Assembly (NCBI GenBank): GCA_016223045.1
Contig: JACRPT010000146.1
Location: forward strand, 1,760 to 65,759
Direction of reading: 5' to 3'
Origin: Candidatus Eiseniibacteriota bacterium
Lineage (GTDB): Bacteria; Eisenbacteria; RBG-16-71-46
Length of the DNA stretch: 64,000 nt
Shown: positions 1 through 9,447 of the stretch, piece after piece
Position numbering within the stretch: the stretch's first letter is position 1
Layout of the letters: each line of letters opens with the position of its first letter
Made by a program: the position numbers and the translations under genes
Notes under the pieces: generated by a model
What the model was told of the DNA's origin: nothing
Database searches by the model: none
The model's input: the letters and a program-made list of their open reading frames with translations, nothing else

Positions 1-536
1 AGAAGAAACCGGACAAGGTGCGCACGCAGGTGCTGCGCCGCTACGAGGCGAAACCGAAGAAGAGCGGCGCGTCGGTCAGCGTCCGCCTCCGCCCGGGAAT
101 GGACGAGGAGATCGTGAACTTCGCTTTCCGCCCCGAGGCGCGCCGCGAGTTCAGGTACCGCATCCTGGGACGCGACCTGCTGGGCGACCACCTCATCTAC
201 CGCATCGGATTCGAGCCGCGCTCGCTGCTCGATCCCACGATGCCGAAAGGGACGGTGTGGATCGACACCAACGACTTCGTCATCGTGCGGCAGGAAGTGG
301 CCTTCGACCGCTCGCCCGCGCCGCCGATCCTCAAGAGCGTGGATCGCATGGTCATCGAGCGCGGGAACGCGGGCGGCTACTGGGTGCTGAAGCGCGTGCT
401 GCTGCGCGCCCAGGCCACGTTGCCGCTGCCGAAGCTGGGACGCTCGTTCGACATCACGATGCGGTTCGACGAGATCTCGATCAACTCCGGCCTCGCCGAC
501 TCGTTGTTCACCGCGGGTGGGAGCGCGTCGCAGTGA
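1..536 (+). CDS. 5'-truncated hypothetical exported protein (DUF5686-like region)
   Basis: Frame appears to run off the window start; 'YRIGFEPR...GTVWIDTNDFVIVR' resembles DUF5686-type proteins; stop overlaps the next GTG. Confidence 0.55.
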   Translation, partial: KKPDKVRTQVLRRYEAKPKKSGASVSVRLRPGMDEEIVNFAFRPEARREFRYRILGRDLLGDHLIYRIGFEPRSLLDPTMPKGTVWIDTNDFVIVRQEVAFDRSPAPPILKSVDRMVIERGNAGGYWVLKRVLLRAQATLPLPKLGRSFDITMRFDEISINSGLADSLFTAGGSASQ

Positions 537-2029
537 GCGCGCGTGCGCTGCTCATCGTCCTGCTGCTGGCGCTCGCCGCATCGGCCACACGCGCGGACTC
601 CGCTGCGGGCGGCGGCGCGACCGTGCTCGCTGCGGCGATGCGAGCCGCCCCGTCCGCCCTCGCCGCGTCGTCCGCGCCCGCCGCGTGGCCCGCGCTCGCG
701 GTGTCAATCAGCGCCGTCCCGGCCGCGCTCGCCGCGTCGCCCGCGCCCGCCGCGCCCGCGCCGGCCGACACCTCGCTCCGGCACTTCCTCGGCCAGCTCT
801 CCGATTCGACCGACCGCTACTTCGGCGTCTCCGCCGCGCCGGTGGACACCGCGGGACTCGACACCGTGCTCTCCGACCAGGGCGCGGAGGGGCGGCGGTT
901 CGACTTCTCGTCGATGCCCTCGTTCGCCTTCAACCGCGCGGACGGCCCCACCTACGGGGGCTCGCTCAAGCTCGAGTTCCCGGACGCGGGCGAGCGACAG
1001 AACGGGCCCGGCACGCTCACCGGCCGGCTCGCCTACCCGGTAGGTTCCGACCGCGTGCGGGGCGGCGGCGAGTACCGGAACCGGATCTGGCTCGGCCGCA
1101 CTGCGCTCGACGTGGAGCTCTTCGCCGGTCGCGTCACCGCGAGCGTGGACCGCGACCACCGCGTCGGCTTCCTCGACGCCATGGGCGCACTGCTCTCGGG
1201 CACCGACGGCACGCACTACCTGCGCCGCGACGGATTCGAGGGCGCACTCGCGCACGACCACTCCGGCTGGCGCGTGCGCGCGGGCTGGCGCGACATGATC
1301 GAGAGTCCACTCGCCACCACCACGACCTGGAACCTGTTCCGCCGCGAGCCCGACCCGCGCTGGAACGTGCCCGCCGTGACCGGACGCGCGCGCGAGCTTT
1401 CGCTCGAGGCCGGACTGCGCTGGCCGCGCCTGCCGCTCCGCAGCGAGATCGGCTGGACGCTCTCGAGCCCCGATCTCGGCAGCGCGTTCGACTTCCGCCG
1501 CCTGCGCGTCGCCACCGGCGCCGACCTCACGCTCGGGCGCATCGCCTCGCTGGTGCCGCAGCTCGGCTACGGGCGGCTCGGCGGCACGATGGTGCCGCAG
1601 GCCGCGTTCTACCTGGGCGGCGCGCCCACGCTGCGGAGCCTCCGGCGCGACGCGCTCGGCGGCAGCGGGCTCGCCATCGCGCGACTCGACCTGATCGGCG
1701 CCGGTGACCTGCTCGCCGACCTCCACGTCCCGCACCCGGCCGCGCTGCCGCTGCAGGGCGCGCTGTTCGCCGCGAGCGGCGCGGTCTGGGGCGTGGACCC
1801 CTACGCCGGACCGGCGCCGCCGCGGCCGATCGGTATCCCGGGCGGCGACGGCTGGCCGGATCGGCGCGACTGGCGGAGCGAAGCAGGCGTGTCGCTCATC
1901 TACAGCTCGGCCATCATCGCCGAGGGTTCGATGGTGCGCTTCAACTACGCCTGGCCGGTCGGCCCGCACCGCGGCGGTGCGCGCTTCAACCTGGCCTTCT
2001 CGCACGGGCTGGATCTGATGAGGAGGTAG
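533..2029 (+). CDS. Outer-membrane beta-barrel-like protein with Ala/Pro-rich N-terminus
   Basis: GTG at 533 overlapping the previous TGA; signal peptide; amphipathic strands; 'FYLGGAPTLRS' and 'VRFNYAWP' resemble Omp85/BamA-type C-terminal motifs. Confidence 0.6.
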   Translation: MSARALLIVLLLALAASATRADSAAGGGATVLAAAMRAAPSALAASSAPAAWPALAVSISAVPAALAASPAPAAPAPADTSLRHFLGQLSDSTDRYFGVSAAPVDTAGLDTVLSDQGAEGRRFDFSSMPSFAFNRADGPTYGGSLKLEFPDAGERQNGPGTLTGRLAYPVGSDRVRGGGEYRNRIWLGRTALDVELFAGRVTASVDRDHRVGFLDAMGALLSGTDGTHYLRRDGFEGALAHDHSGWRVRAGWRDMIESPLATTTTWNLFRREPDPRWNVPAVTGRARELSLEAGLRWPRLPLRSEIGWTLSSPDLGSAFDFRRLRVATGADLTLGRIASLVPQLGYGRLGGTMVPQAAFYLGGAPTLRSLRRDALGGSGLAIARLDLIGAGDLLADLHVPHPAALPLQGALFAASGAVWGVDPYAGPAPPRPIGIPGGDGWPDRRDWRSEAGVSLIYSSAIIAEGSMVRFNYAWPVGPHRGGARFNLAFSHGLDLMRR

Positions 2030-2151
2030 CCCTCCCCCGCCGGTCCCCCGCGGCGATTGCGCCTGGAGCTTGATCTCCTTCCCCTCAACATTCTTTGTCC
2101 CTCGTCAGTGAACGACCACCCCGCCCTGTCAAAAGCGCGCGACAGCTCGAC

Positions 2152-3105
2152 TCAGCGTTTGGCTAAAGTTCGCCTTAGCTCCTTCAACAGCTTCGCGGTC
2201 TCCTCAAGACTTCGGATCAGGCTAGCATCACCCTTCAACTCGGCGAGCGTCGTCCACGGATAGCTCCGAATGCTTTCCGCAAGCGCCTGGATGTCTCCAG
2301 CGAGCCCGAGTCGTTTCTTCGTCGGGGCAGGAGCCAGCTTCAGAAGCGCAGAGTCGATTGAGCCGGAATCCGACAAGAATTCGTCGCGCGCCACTGGATC
2401 CCGAAGCACCTGGCGGAGCTTTCGGATGTCCTTCGAGTTGCTGATCTGCTGGTCGTTCACTCTCCGTATGATCGCGTTGAGCGACTCCGTGGTCAGGAGC
2501 TTTCGGTTGAGGTTCTTGATCTCGCGTGCCCAGGTGATCGAAGTTGCCGGATCAGGCAAGTTCGTCAGCTTCTCGGACAGCTCGTAAATCTCGACGAGCT
2601 TGTCCAGCTCCCGCACCGTGATTCCGAGCATGTTCGCGGCGCTCGCGCGCCCTACCAAGTCGACAAGGCGGTACGCAACCATCTCTTTCTCTTTCGCGTC
2701 CCATTCCCGCCGCTGACGATGGATGTAGATCCAGACGCGCAGGCGCTCCTCTTCCGTCAGCGTCTGATCTGTCACCTCGGCGGCGATCTTCCGGTACTGG
2801 TCCTTCTTCTGAACCTCGACGAGGACCTTCGAATTCGTCCACCGCCGATCTCCGTCGATGATGCTGAATTTCCCCGGATGGTCAGGGTGTGGCTCCAGCA
2901 GCAACGGCTCGAAAATGCCTTCGTTTGCCTCGATCTGTCGCTGAAGTTCAGGGTCCTCCTTGGGGCCCAACCGCGGTTGCTTCGGGTTCGGCAGAACGTC
3001 GTCCAGGTCAACGGTCGTGCGATACGTCCTGAGAATCGTTCGCCCCAGCCGGCGGTCCTGCCAGTGAACCCCCGGCGGTTCAATCTTCGCGGCTTCTGTG
3101 GACAT
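2152..3105 (-). CDS. ParB/Srx N-terminal domain protein with helical/HTH-like C-terminus
   Basis: 'LPNPKQPR', 'PLLLEP' and 'IIDGDRRW' ParB-N motifs; ATG at 3105 preceded by GAGGA. Confidence 0.75.
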   Translation of the reverse strand: MSTEAAKIEPPGVHWQDRRLGRTILRTYRTTVDLDDVLPNPKQPRLGPKEDPELQRQIEANEGIFEPLLLEPHPDHPGKFSIIDGDRRWTNSKVLVEVQKKDQYRKIAAEVTDQTLTEEERLRVWIYIHRQRREWDAKEKEMVAYRLVDLVGRASAANMLGITVRELDKLVEIYELSEKLTNLPDPATSITWAREIKNLNRKLLTTESLNAIIRRVNDQQISNSKDIRKLRQVLRDPVARDEFLSDSGSIDSALLKLAPAPTKKRLGLAGDIQALAESIRSYPWTTLAELKGDASLIRSLEETAKLLKELRRTLAKR

Positions 3106-3113
3106 GGATATCC

Positions 3114-4304
3114 TCATGCGCCGCCGCCGGTAGCGGCCGGGCGGTTCTCAAGGATCGCGCTGACCTCGGTCTCGACCTGTCTCACGACATTGCGCAGGCG
3201 CGTGACCATCTTCCCACGCTTGAGCCACACCTTGTCGTGCTCGCGCTTCTCCTCGACATCGAGCTCCGAGAGTTCACCCGCCAGCCGCGCCGTTTCCTGC
3301 TGGTGCTGCCGATACTCGTCGGAGGCGATGTACTTGTAGAGGAGATCGCGCTTCTCGTTTCGCTCGCTCAGGCTGAGCTTGAGGACGCGCACCCTGACCA
3401 TGGCGTTCCGCAGCAGCTCCACGATCTCGCAGACCCGCGCCCGACTGACGACGATGACGCCGGTTTCCTCGTCGAGGTACAGCTCCTTCTTGCCGCTCGG
3501 GAACACGGTGGTGGCGAGCACGGCGTGCTCCGCCTTGGCCGCTATCTGGTCCTCGCGCAGCTTAGTGACGTAGCTGTTCTGCCAAGCCTGCCGATTCTTT
3601 GAGTCGATGACGATCGTGCCGCATGCCGTGCCCTTGTGCAGCACCTTGTGCCGGATGTCAGCTCCGGGCTCTCCGCGCTTGACGCGCGTGATGTCGTCTC
3701 CGGTGAACGCTTCGCGAAGCGCCTCGTAGGCGTCGAGCTCGGCACCCTCCCCCAGCTCGTCGGCCGTCTTCCGCTGGAGCTGGCGGGACAGGGTATCCAC
3801 CTTCTGCTGAAGCTGCCCCTTCTCGCGCTGATGCTGCGCTTGGAGCTTGAGCAACTGGTCGGTGCGGTCTCTCTCGAGCGCCGTGCGCTGCTGCTCAAGG
3901 TCGTTCTTCTGCTTCACGCTCACCGCCTCGAGCTCCTTGATCTTCGCCGCGCCCTGGTCACGCTCCGTGATAAGCGCCCCCAGCTTCTTATCCATGTCGC
4001 CCCGGACCCGTGCCTCCACCGTCGCTGCCGCTTCCTTTCGAATCCCCGCTTCTCGCTGCTCTCGCTCGGCATTGAAGGCTGCGATCTTCTTCTCCGCCTC
4101 GGCCCGCAACGCAATCTCGGTGCTCTGCTTGTGCGCCTCGAGCTCCTGCTGCATGCGCACCCGCTCCGCCGCGAGCCTCTTGCGCTCCTGATCAGCGATG
4201 CGCGCCTCGATCTTCTCGAACTCCTCCCTCGAAATGACGTTTCCGCACCACGGACAGCTCTCGGTGGCAGGCTCTGGCTCGAATGCAACCGCTTCGCTCG
4301 ACAT
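3114..4304 (-). CDS. DUF2130-family protein (CxxC, coiled coil, PD-(D/E)xK-like C-terminal domain)
   Basis: CPWC; long coiled coil; 'LGEGAELD...F.GD.I..V..GEPGADI...G.IVIDSKN...W...KL' typical of DUF2130; ATG at 4304 with GGAGGT SD. Confidence 0.8.
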   Translation of the reverse strand: MSSEAVAFEPEPATESCPWCGNVISREEFEKIEARIADQERKRLAAERVRMQQELEAHKQSTEIALRAEAEKKIAAFNAEREQREAGIRKEAAATVEARVRGDMDKKLGALITERDQGAAKIKELEAVSVKQKNDLEQQRTALERDRTDQLLKLQAQHQREKGQLQQKVDTLSRQLQRKTADELGEGAELDAYEALREAFTGDDITRVKRGEPGADIRHKVLHKGTACGTIVIDSKNRQAWQNSYVTKLREDQIAAKAEHAVLATTVFPSGKKELYLDEETGVIVVSRARVCEIVELLRNAMVRVRVLKLSLSERNEKRDLLYKYIASDEYRQHQQETARLAGELSELDVEEKREHDKVWLKRGKMVTRLRNVVRQVETEVSAILENRPAATGGGA

Positions 4305-4535
4305 CCTGGGACCTCCAATTGCTGAGTCGATAGATGACAAGGACCGAAAGGGACCCTATCGGTCCCCAAGCACGCGGTCAAGCGGATTCAGTCGGCCCTC
4401 CCCCCGTGCCGCGGGACCGTCGGCGGCGCGGCCGTGCCTTGGCGCGGGCATCGGGGGGCTGGAAACGTCCCACTCTCCAGGAAGCTGAAATCTCCGGGCT
4501 GGACACCCCCCCCGGCGGGGTGCTACAAGAGCTCC

Positions 4536-5162
4536 ATGGAGAAGTTTTCTTCCTCAAAATCCGCAAAGGTGAAATCTGCCCCTCGCCAGCAGCTCAAGAA
4601 CAGCCAATTCGCCCTGCAACTGACTGAGGTCCGCAAGGTGATCTACGCCTGCGACAACCCCCGCGACCGGACCCTAGTCGCGGCGCTCGCGGCGACCGGG
4701 ATGCGGCGTGCCGAGGTCGCTGCGCTCGACGTCCGCGACGTGGACCTCGAGGCGCGTCGGGTCACGATCCGGTCGGGCAAAGGCGGCAAGCAGCGCACCG
4801 TGCCCATCACCGAGGAGCTGGCGAGCGACCTCCGACTCCTGATCGGCAAGCGCGCCACAGGCCCGGTATTCCTTTCAAACCGCCGTGGACCCTTGACCAC
4901 CCGCCAGGTCAATTACATCGTGGCGGATGCTGGGGTGCGAGCCGGAGTGAAGAACCCGAACCCCGCGAGCCACGGCCGGATCACCTGCCACCTGTTCCGG
5001 CACACGTTCGCCCGCCATTGGAAGCAGCGCGGCGGCGACATCGAGAGCCTCGCGCAGATTCTCGGCCATGCGAGCAGCGCGACGACCGTGGACCTCTACG
5101 GCACACTGAGCATCGACGACGTGCAGGAGCATTACGACAGGCTCATGGAGACAACCTCGTGA
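4536..5162 (+). CDS. Tyrosine recombinase/integrase (catalytic domain only)
   Basis: TGMRRAE (R), GKGGK (K), HLFRH, LGH and DLY (Y) catalytic residues all present. Confidence 0.9.
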   Translation: MEKFSSSKSAKVKSAPRQQLKNSQFALQLTEVRKVIYACDNPRDRTLVAALAATGMRRAEVAALDVRDVDLEARRVTIRSGKGGKQRTVPITEELASDLRLLIGKRATGPVFLSNRRGPLTTRQVNYIVADAGVRAGVKNPNPASHGRITCHLFRHTFARHWKQRGGDIESLAQILGHASSATTVDLYGTLSIDDVQEHYDRLMETTS

Positions 5163-7480
5163 GCAGCACCAGACCCACTCAACCCGTCGCAGACCAGCTC
5201 GCGCTCCTTGACGACCCGACACGCGCCGGCAGCGCACCCGCCGCTAGCGCCGTGCCCGCGTACACCACGTACTACAAGACGCTTGTCGCGCTCCGTGAGG
5301 AGTTCCACCGCACGGGCCGGTACGACGACGCGAACACGAAGCTCGATGAGATCGTGAAGCTGCTCGTGATGCGCTTCCACGAGGAGCGGCGGCATGCCCG
5401 CGGGCTCGAGGACCGATTCTCCGCCGATTTCCTTAGCCGCCTTGCGGCGAAGACGCACGGTGATCCCGCGCGGGTTGCCCGCGCGCTCCGTACCCTGTCG
5501 CAGGAGACCCTGCGCTCGCCTGAGTACGCCAATCCCGATGGAACCAGCGTGTTCGGCGCGGACCCGTGCCTCAGTATTCAGCCCACAGACGATGCCTTCG
5601 CTGTTCAGATCGTGAACGCGGTTCGAGCGTTGGCTGTCCCGACCGGCGCCGCGTCCGGCGCGTTCGACATCCTCAACGAGTCCTTCGGGCACTTCGTCAG
5701 GGACAGCTTCCGCAACCACATGGAAGACGCGCAGTACATGACTCCGCAGGAAGTCGTGGAGGCGATGGCCGCCATCGCCCTCGCCGACGTTGAAGCCGAC
5801 TCTGCATCCGTGAAGCGCCTTTTGGAGGCGAGCGGTGAGGAGCCTTTTCTCGTTCTTGATCCGACCTGTGGGGTTGGTTCGTTCCTTGTCGAGGCCCTCC
5901 GCCGCATGCTTCGCGTCTTGCGCGACCGTGGGCTCGACACAAACACCGTCGCTGCGCTGACTGAGGCGTACCGGAATGCGTGCGTTCGCGGCCAAGACAA
6001 GGTTGACCGGATGGTCCGGCTCACGAAGCTCAACCTCATGCTCTTCGGTGGTGGTGGCGGATCCGTCTGGCAGGGAAACAGCATCCTGAACGGCTCGGCG
6101 CTCGACGATCTCCAGGGGCGCGTGGACTTGATCCTCACCAACCCCCCCTTCGGCGCCCGTTATCGGCTCGGAGACGTGCTGGCGCATCAGGCGCGCGATC
6201 GGTACCCCATGCTTCATGACCTAGCACAGGCTGGGCGCGCGCCGACCAGCGTCGATTCTGAGGTCGTTCTCCTAGATCGCTGCCTTTCACTGCTCCGCCC
6301 GGGCGGCCGCCTACTCATCGTCCTCCCCGACAGCGTGGTATCTGGCCGCGGCTTCGTCGCTGTCGCTCGTGAGTGGATTGAAGCAAGAGCGGACCTCATC
6401 GCCGTCGTAGAGCTACCGGCGGAGACCTTTGCGCAAGCCGGCACCCGCACGAAGACGTGCTTCGCGTACCTCCGAAAGCGAGACGTTTGTCCAAGTCGTA
6501 TCGGGCGCGTTTTCATGGCAGTTTGTGACGACATCGGGTTCCGCGTGGTGGCACGCGCCGGAGCCTCGCTCAAGATCCAAGATGGGACCAACCAGCTCCC
6601 CGCCATTGTCGATGCGTACCTTGACACGTCCTCCCGCGGTTCAGGCGAGCACGCCGCTCCACTCGTTGCGTCCCGTGAACCGTCGGCTGTCTGGGTTCCA
6701 CGCGACTCGTTGTTGAATGGCCGATGGACACCCAACTTCTACCGCGCCAGGCGGCTTGAGGCGCTCACGACACTCCGCGACCTGCAGGGCTCCGGGTACG
6801 AGCTCCACACGCTGGCATCCATCGCACGCCTCGCTTCAAGATCTCGTCGAAGGGTGCCGGTGCCAGCGGGCGCCAAGACCATCAGCGTGCTGCACGTGTC
6901 GCAGGACGGCGCGATCAACTTTCGCGAGGTAGCGTCGTACTCTCCGAAGTTCCCCGGCTTGCCGTGCCGCCCCGGCGACGTTCTCATCTCGAAGATCAAC
7001 CCCCACATCCCCCGCGTGTGTGTGGTCCCGGAGGCGGAGTATCCCCTCGCCTGCTCGTCCGAGTTCGAGATCCTAGAACCTGTAGGCACGCTCGAATCGC
7101 ACTTGCTAGCCGCCATCCTAGTGTCCCCGTCCGTCCAGACACAGATCGAGTGCTTGACTTCCGGTACGTCCTCTTCACACAACCGGATCAAGGACACTGA
7201 ACTTGCCGAGGTGCTCGTCCCCCTGCCTCGCCGGGGATCCGCGTTGGATCAACGTTTCACGGAGATCGGCGCTGCATTGCGGCGGGCCACCGCGCAGCGG
7301 TACGAGGCGGATGCGCTCGCCCTTCAGGAGCTGAAGGCACTCGCCGGCGCGTTCAGCGTAGCAATCAGTGACCGCATCGACCCGGAGGTCACGGAGCGAA
7401 CCGGAGCACTTGAATCTGCCCCTGCGCGTCTTCCTCGGCCTGGTAGATCTTCCGCGACGCCGGCTCGACTTCCAGTGTGA
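5159..7480 (+). CDS. N6-adenine DNA methyltransferase with C-terminal target-recognition-like domain
   Basis: QYMTP, LDPTCGVGSFL (motif I), NPPF (motif IV); C-terminal 'GDVLISKINP...SSEF' resembles an HsdS-type TRD; GTG overlaps the integrase stop. Confidence 0.9.
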   Translation: MSSTRPTQPVADQLALLDDPTRAGSAPAASAVPAYTTYYKTLVALREEFHRTGRYDDANTKLDEIVKLLVMRFHEERRHARGLEDRFSADFLSRLAAKTHGDPARVARALRTLSQETLRSPEYANPDGTSVFGADPCLSIQPTDDAFAVQIVNAVRALAVPTGAASGAFDILNESFGHFVRDSFRNHMEDAQYMTPQEVVEAMAAIALADVEADSASVKRLLEASGEEPFLVLDPTCGVGSFLVEALRRMLRVLRDRGLDTNTVAALTEAYRNACVRGQDKVDRMVRLTKLNLMLFGGGGGSVWQGNSILNGSALDDLQGRVDLILTNPPFGARYRLGDVLAHQARDRYPMLHDLAQAGRAPTSVDSEVVLLDRCLSLLRPGGRLLIVLPDSVVSGRGFVAVAREWIEARADLIAVVELPAETFAQAGTRTKTCFAYLRKRDVCPSRIGRVFMAVCDDIGFRVVARAGASLKIQDGTNQLPAIVDAYLDTSSRGSGEHAAPLVASREPSAVWVPRDSLLNGRWTPNFYRARRLEALTTLRDLQGSGYELHTLASIARLASRSRRRVPVPAGAKTISVLHVSQDGAINFREVASYSPKFPGLPCRPGDVLISKINPHIPRVCVVPEAEYPLACSSEFEILEPVGTLESHLLAAILVSPSVQTQIECLTSGTSSSHNRIKDTELAEVLVPLPRRGSALDQRFTEIGAALRRATAQRYEADALALQELKALAGAFSVAISDRIDPEVTERTGALESAPARLPRPGRSSATPARLPV

Positions 7481-8081
7481 TCTGGAGTCGTTCGAAATCG
7501 TGGCCGTTTCCGTGGCGCGCATAGTCGTCGTCGGTCTGGTTCCTCGGCGGGAACAACTGGAAGTTCGCGTCCGGACGTCGCGGATCTGAGAGCTTTGGCT
7601 TTCCCTTCTTCTTCATCCATTCGCGGTACCGGGCCGCCAGGGCCTCGTGTTGCCCCGGAAACAGCCGCCACACCCTCGCCCTGACGCGCCCGCCGGTCGT
7701 CTGATCCAGAGACACGAGGTAGAGCGTCTCCCGTCCTAGGAACGCCTCCATATCCGCCTCGTTCCGTGCGAGGAAGTTCCAGCGTGGTGCCTTAGCACCA
7801 CGCTTGTCGAGCGCGTCCAAGAAGTTCGCGGATTTGATCTCGGATCCGTCAATCAGGTCCAGCCCTTTGCCCCGCATCCCGGCGCCTGGGATCGCCGTCA
7901 CCAGAGACACGAGGTGCTGGGCGACATACCCAGTGTCGATCTGGGCCGGCTGTTCTGTGATGTCGCGCCAGGAATGCAGCCTTTGCCGCTGATCGACGAC
8001 CTGCTCCTGCAAGAGCTGCATCGTCAGCCGTGAGCGTTCCTTCGGCGACAAGGTCGCGAGCTTGGGCGGGCGCTTGTTCAA
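7389..8081 (-). CDS. MamI-family-like type II restriction endonuclease
   Basis: 'W..IT.Q.AQ...GY..QHLVSLVT..PG...RG.DL.DGSEIKS' matches my recollection of RE_MamI; D..EIK catalytic motif; convergent with the MTase. Confidence 0.7.
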   Translation of the reverse strand: MNKRPPKLATLSPKERSRLTMQLLQEQVVDQRQRLHSWRDITEQPAQIDTGYVAQHLVSLVTAIPGAGMRGKGLDLIDGSEIKSANFLDALDKRGAKAPRWNFLARNEADMEAFLGRETLYLVSLDQTTGGRVRARVWRLFPGQHEALAARYREWMKKKGKPKLSDPRRPDANFQLFPPRNQTDDDYARHGNGHDFERLQITLEVEPASRKIYQAEEDAQGQIQVLRFAP

Positions 8082-8311
8082 CGCGCCTGCCCCTGCTCAA
8101 CGAAGAACTCCAGTGGCCTGCGGTACAGCCGCGCGAACGCCGCCAGCTCGACCACGTCCACGCGTCGCTCCCCCGCCTCGCACTTCGAAACGAAGGACTG
8201 TGGGCGGCTGAGGCGCTTTGCGACTTCAGCCTGCGTGAAGCCGGCCTGTTCCCGCGCGGCGCGGAGCCGCGCGAGGAAGCGACGGTACTCGGGGCGATTG
8301 GTTGGGGGCAT
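8078..8311 (-). CDS. XRE-family HTH regulator (probable R-M controller C protein)
   Basis: 'LRAAREQAGFTQAEVAKRLSRPQSFVSKCEAGERR'; 4-bp overlap with the REase start. Confidence 0.85.
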   Translation of the reverse strand: MPPTNRPEYRRFLARLRAAREQAGFTQAEVAKRLSRPQSFVSKCEAGERRVDVVELAAFARLYRRPLEFFVEQGQAR

Positions 8312-8661
8312 ACGGGGTCTTCACGACCTCCGCGGGGCCTGCACGGCTCGGGGAAGCACAACCTACACGGCTGCACTTGCAGGCTAGAACCTGGCTTCGA
8401 ATATCCCAAGTTAGCATGTGCGAGCGCACCACCAGAGGCAGAGGGAACGAGCAAGCTCCGGCTCCTCTTCGAGGCACATCCACATGAGCTCTACAATACC
8501 TGTCCGCCAAGGCGCGCTCGCCTGCCCGGGCCCGGACCAGCGGGCAGCGCGCATAGCAGAACCCCCGGCGGATCGCTCCGCCGGGGGCCGCTACGCCGCG
8601 CCGGACTCGTCCCCTTGCCCTGGCACCATGCGAGTTGACGCGGCGGGTCTCCCGTCCTGCT

Positions 8662-8985
8662 TCAGCGCACGCGCGCGTTGTGCTTGAGCCGGTAGATGGC
8701 GCGGCTCTCGTGATTGAGCGCCACGTTCAGGCGCCGGCGCTCGCGCGGGGTCACCACGCCGTCGGCCTTCGCGCGCCGCTCCATGCGGTGGATCTGCCAC
8801 TCACCCGCTACCAGACGGCGCGTCTCGCGCGGCGTCAACTGGCCGCTGCGCACGCCCTGCGCGATGCGGGCGCGCTGGTGGGCTTCGCGCCGATCCACGC
8901 GCGGCGTCCAGGTGTTCGCGGAGGCCACGCCGGCGAGGGACACCGCGAGCGCGGCCATCAGGACCATCATCATGAACCGCCTCAT
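8662..8985 (-). CDS. Small secreted helical-repeat protein
   Basis: Signal peptide; repeated G.LTPRE.RRL units; AGGAGG SD. Confidence 0.8.
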   Translation of the reverse strand: MRRFMMMVLMAALAVSLAGVASANTWTPRVDRREAHQRARIAQGVRSGQLTPRETRRLVAGEWQIHRMERRAKADGVVTPRERRRLNVALNHESRAIYRLKHNARVR

Positions 8986-9164
8986 CTCATCCTCCTGCTC
9001 CGTGGGGCTCGCTGCCGGCGGGACGCTCGCCCGCCTCGAATCGTGCGCGCCGACCGGGGCTCGGGACCGGCCGGACCTTCGTGCCGTGGACCTGACCCGT
9101 GTAGCCGGCGGGTCCGGCCCGCGGTCCCGGTGCGCCGGGTAGCGCGCTGCGCCCGGGTAGATGA

Positions 9165-9179
9165 GCAGGCCGCGTGCCG
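9165..9179 (-). promoter_or_regulatory. Putative sigma54 -24/-12 promoter
   Basis: Minus strand CGGCACGCGGCCTGC (GG-N10-GC), about 180 bp upstream of the 8985 start. Confidence 0.4.
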
Positions 9180-9447
9180 GGTGGGTGCGCCATGCCCCAC
9201 CGGCCCGATTGCCAGCAGGTTAGCGGCGCGGGACGGTGCCGACGTGGCGGGTGGGGCAGGCGCGAGTGGTCCAGACGGTTCAGGCGTCCCGCGCCGCGGT
9301 GGACTGCGCGGTACATCCGGGGGCGCGGATGTTCGCAGGACGTCAGGCCCACGCCGCGCGGGCGGTGGCACTATGCGAGGCCTCGGAGTTCGCCGCGGTC
9401 AGAGATCGCAGGGGCCACCGTCCTGCCCGGGACCGCCGGCCCGATTG

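Larger units (their letters stand above)
2050..8470. mobile_element. Integrase-bearing defence island (approximate boundaries)
   Basis: Abrupt rise in A/T relative to flanks; contains a tyrosine recombinase, R-M genes and ParB-like/DUF2130 genes. Confidence 0.7.

Noticed and set aside
2152..3105. Plasmid/chromosome partition system
   Set aside because: No ParA, replication gene or parS-like array nearby
4536..5162. Integron integrase with cassette array
   Set aside because: Lacks the IntI-specific insertion, and no attC-like sites were recognised
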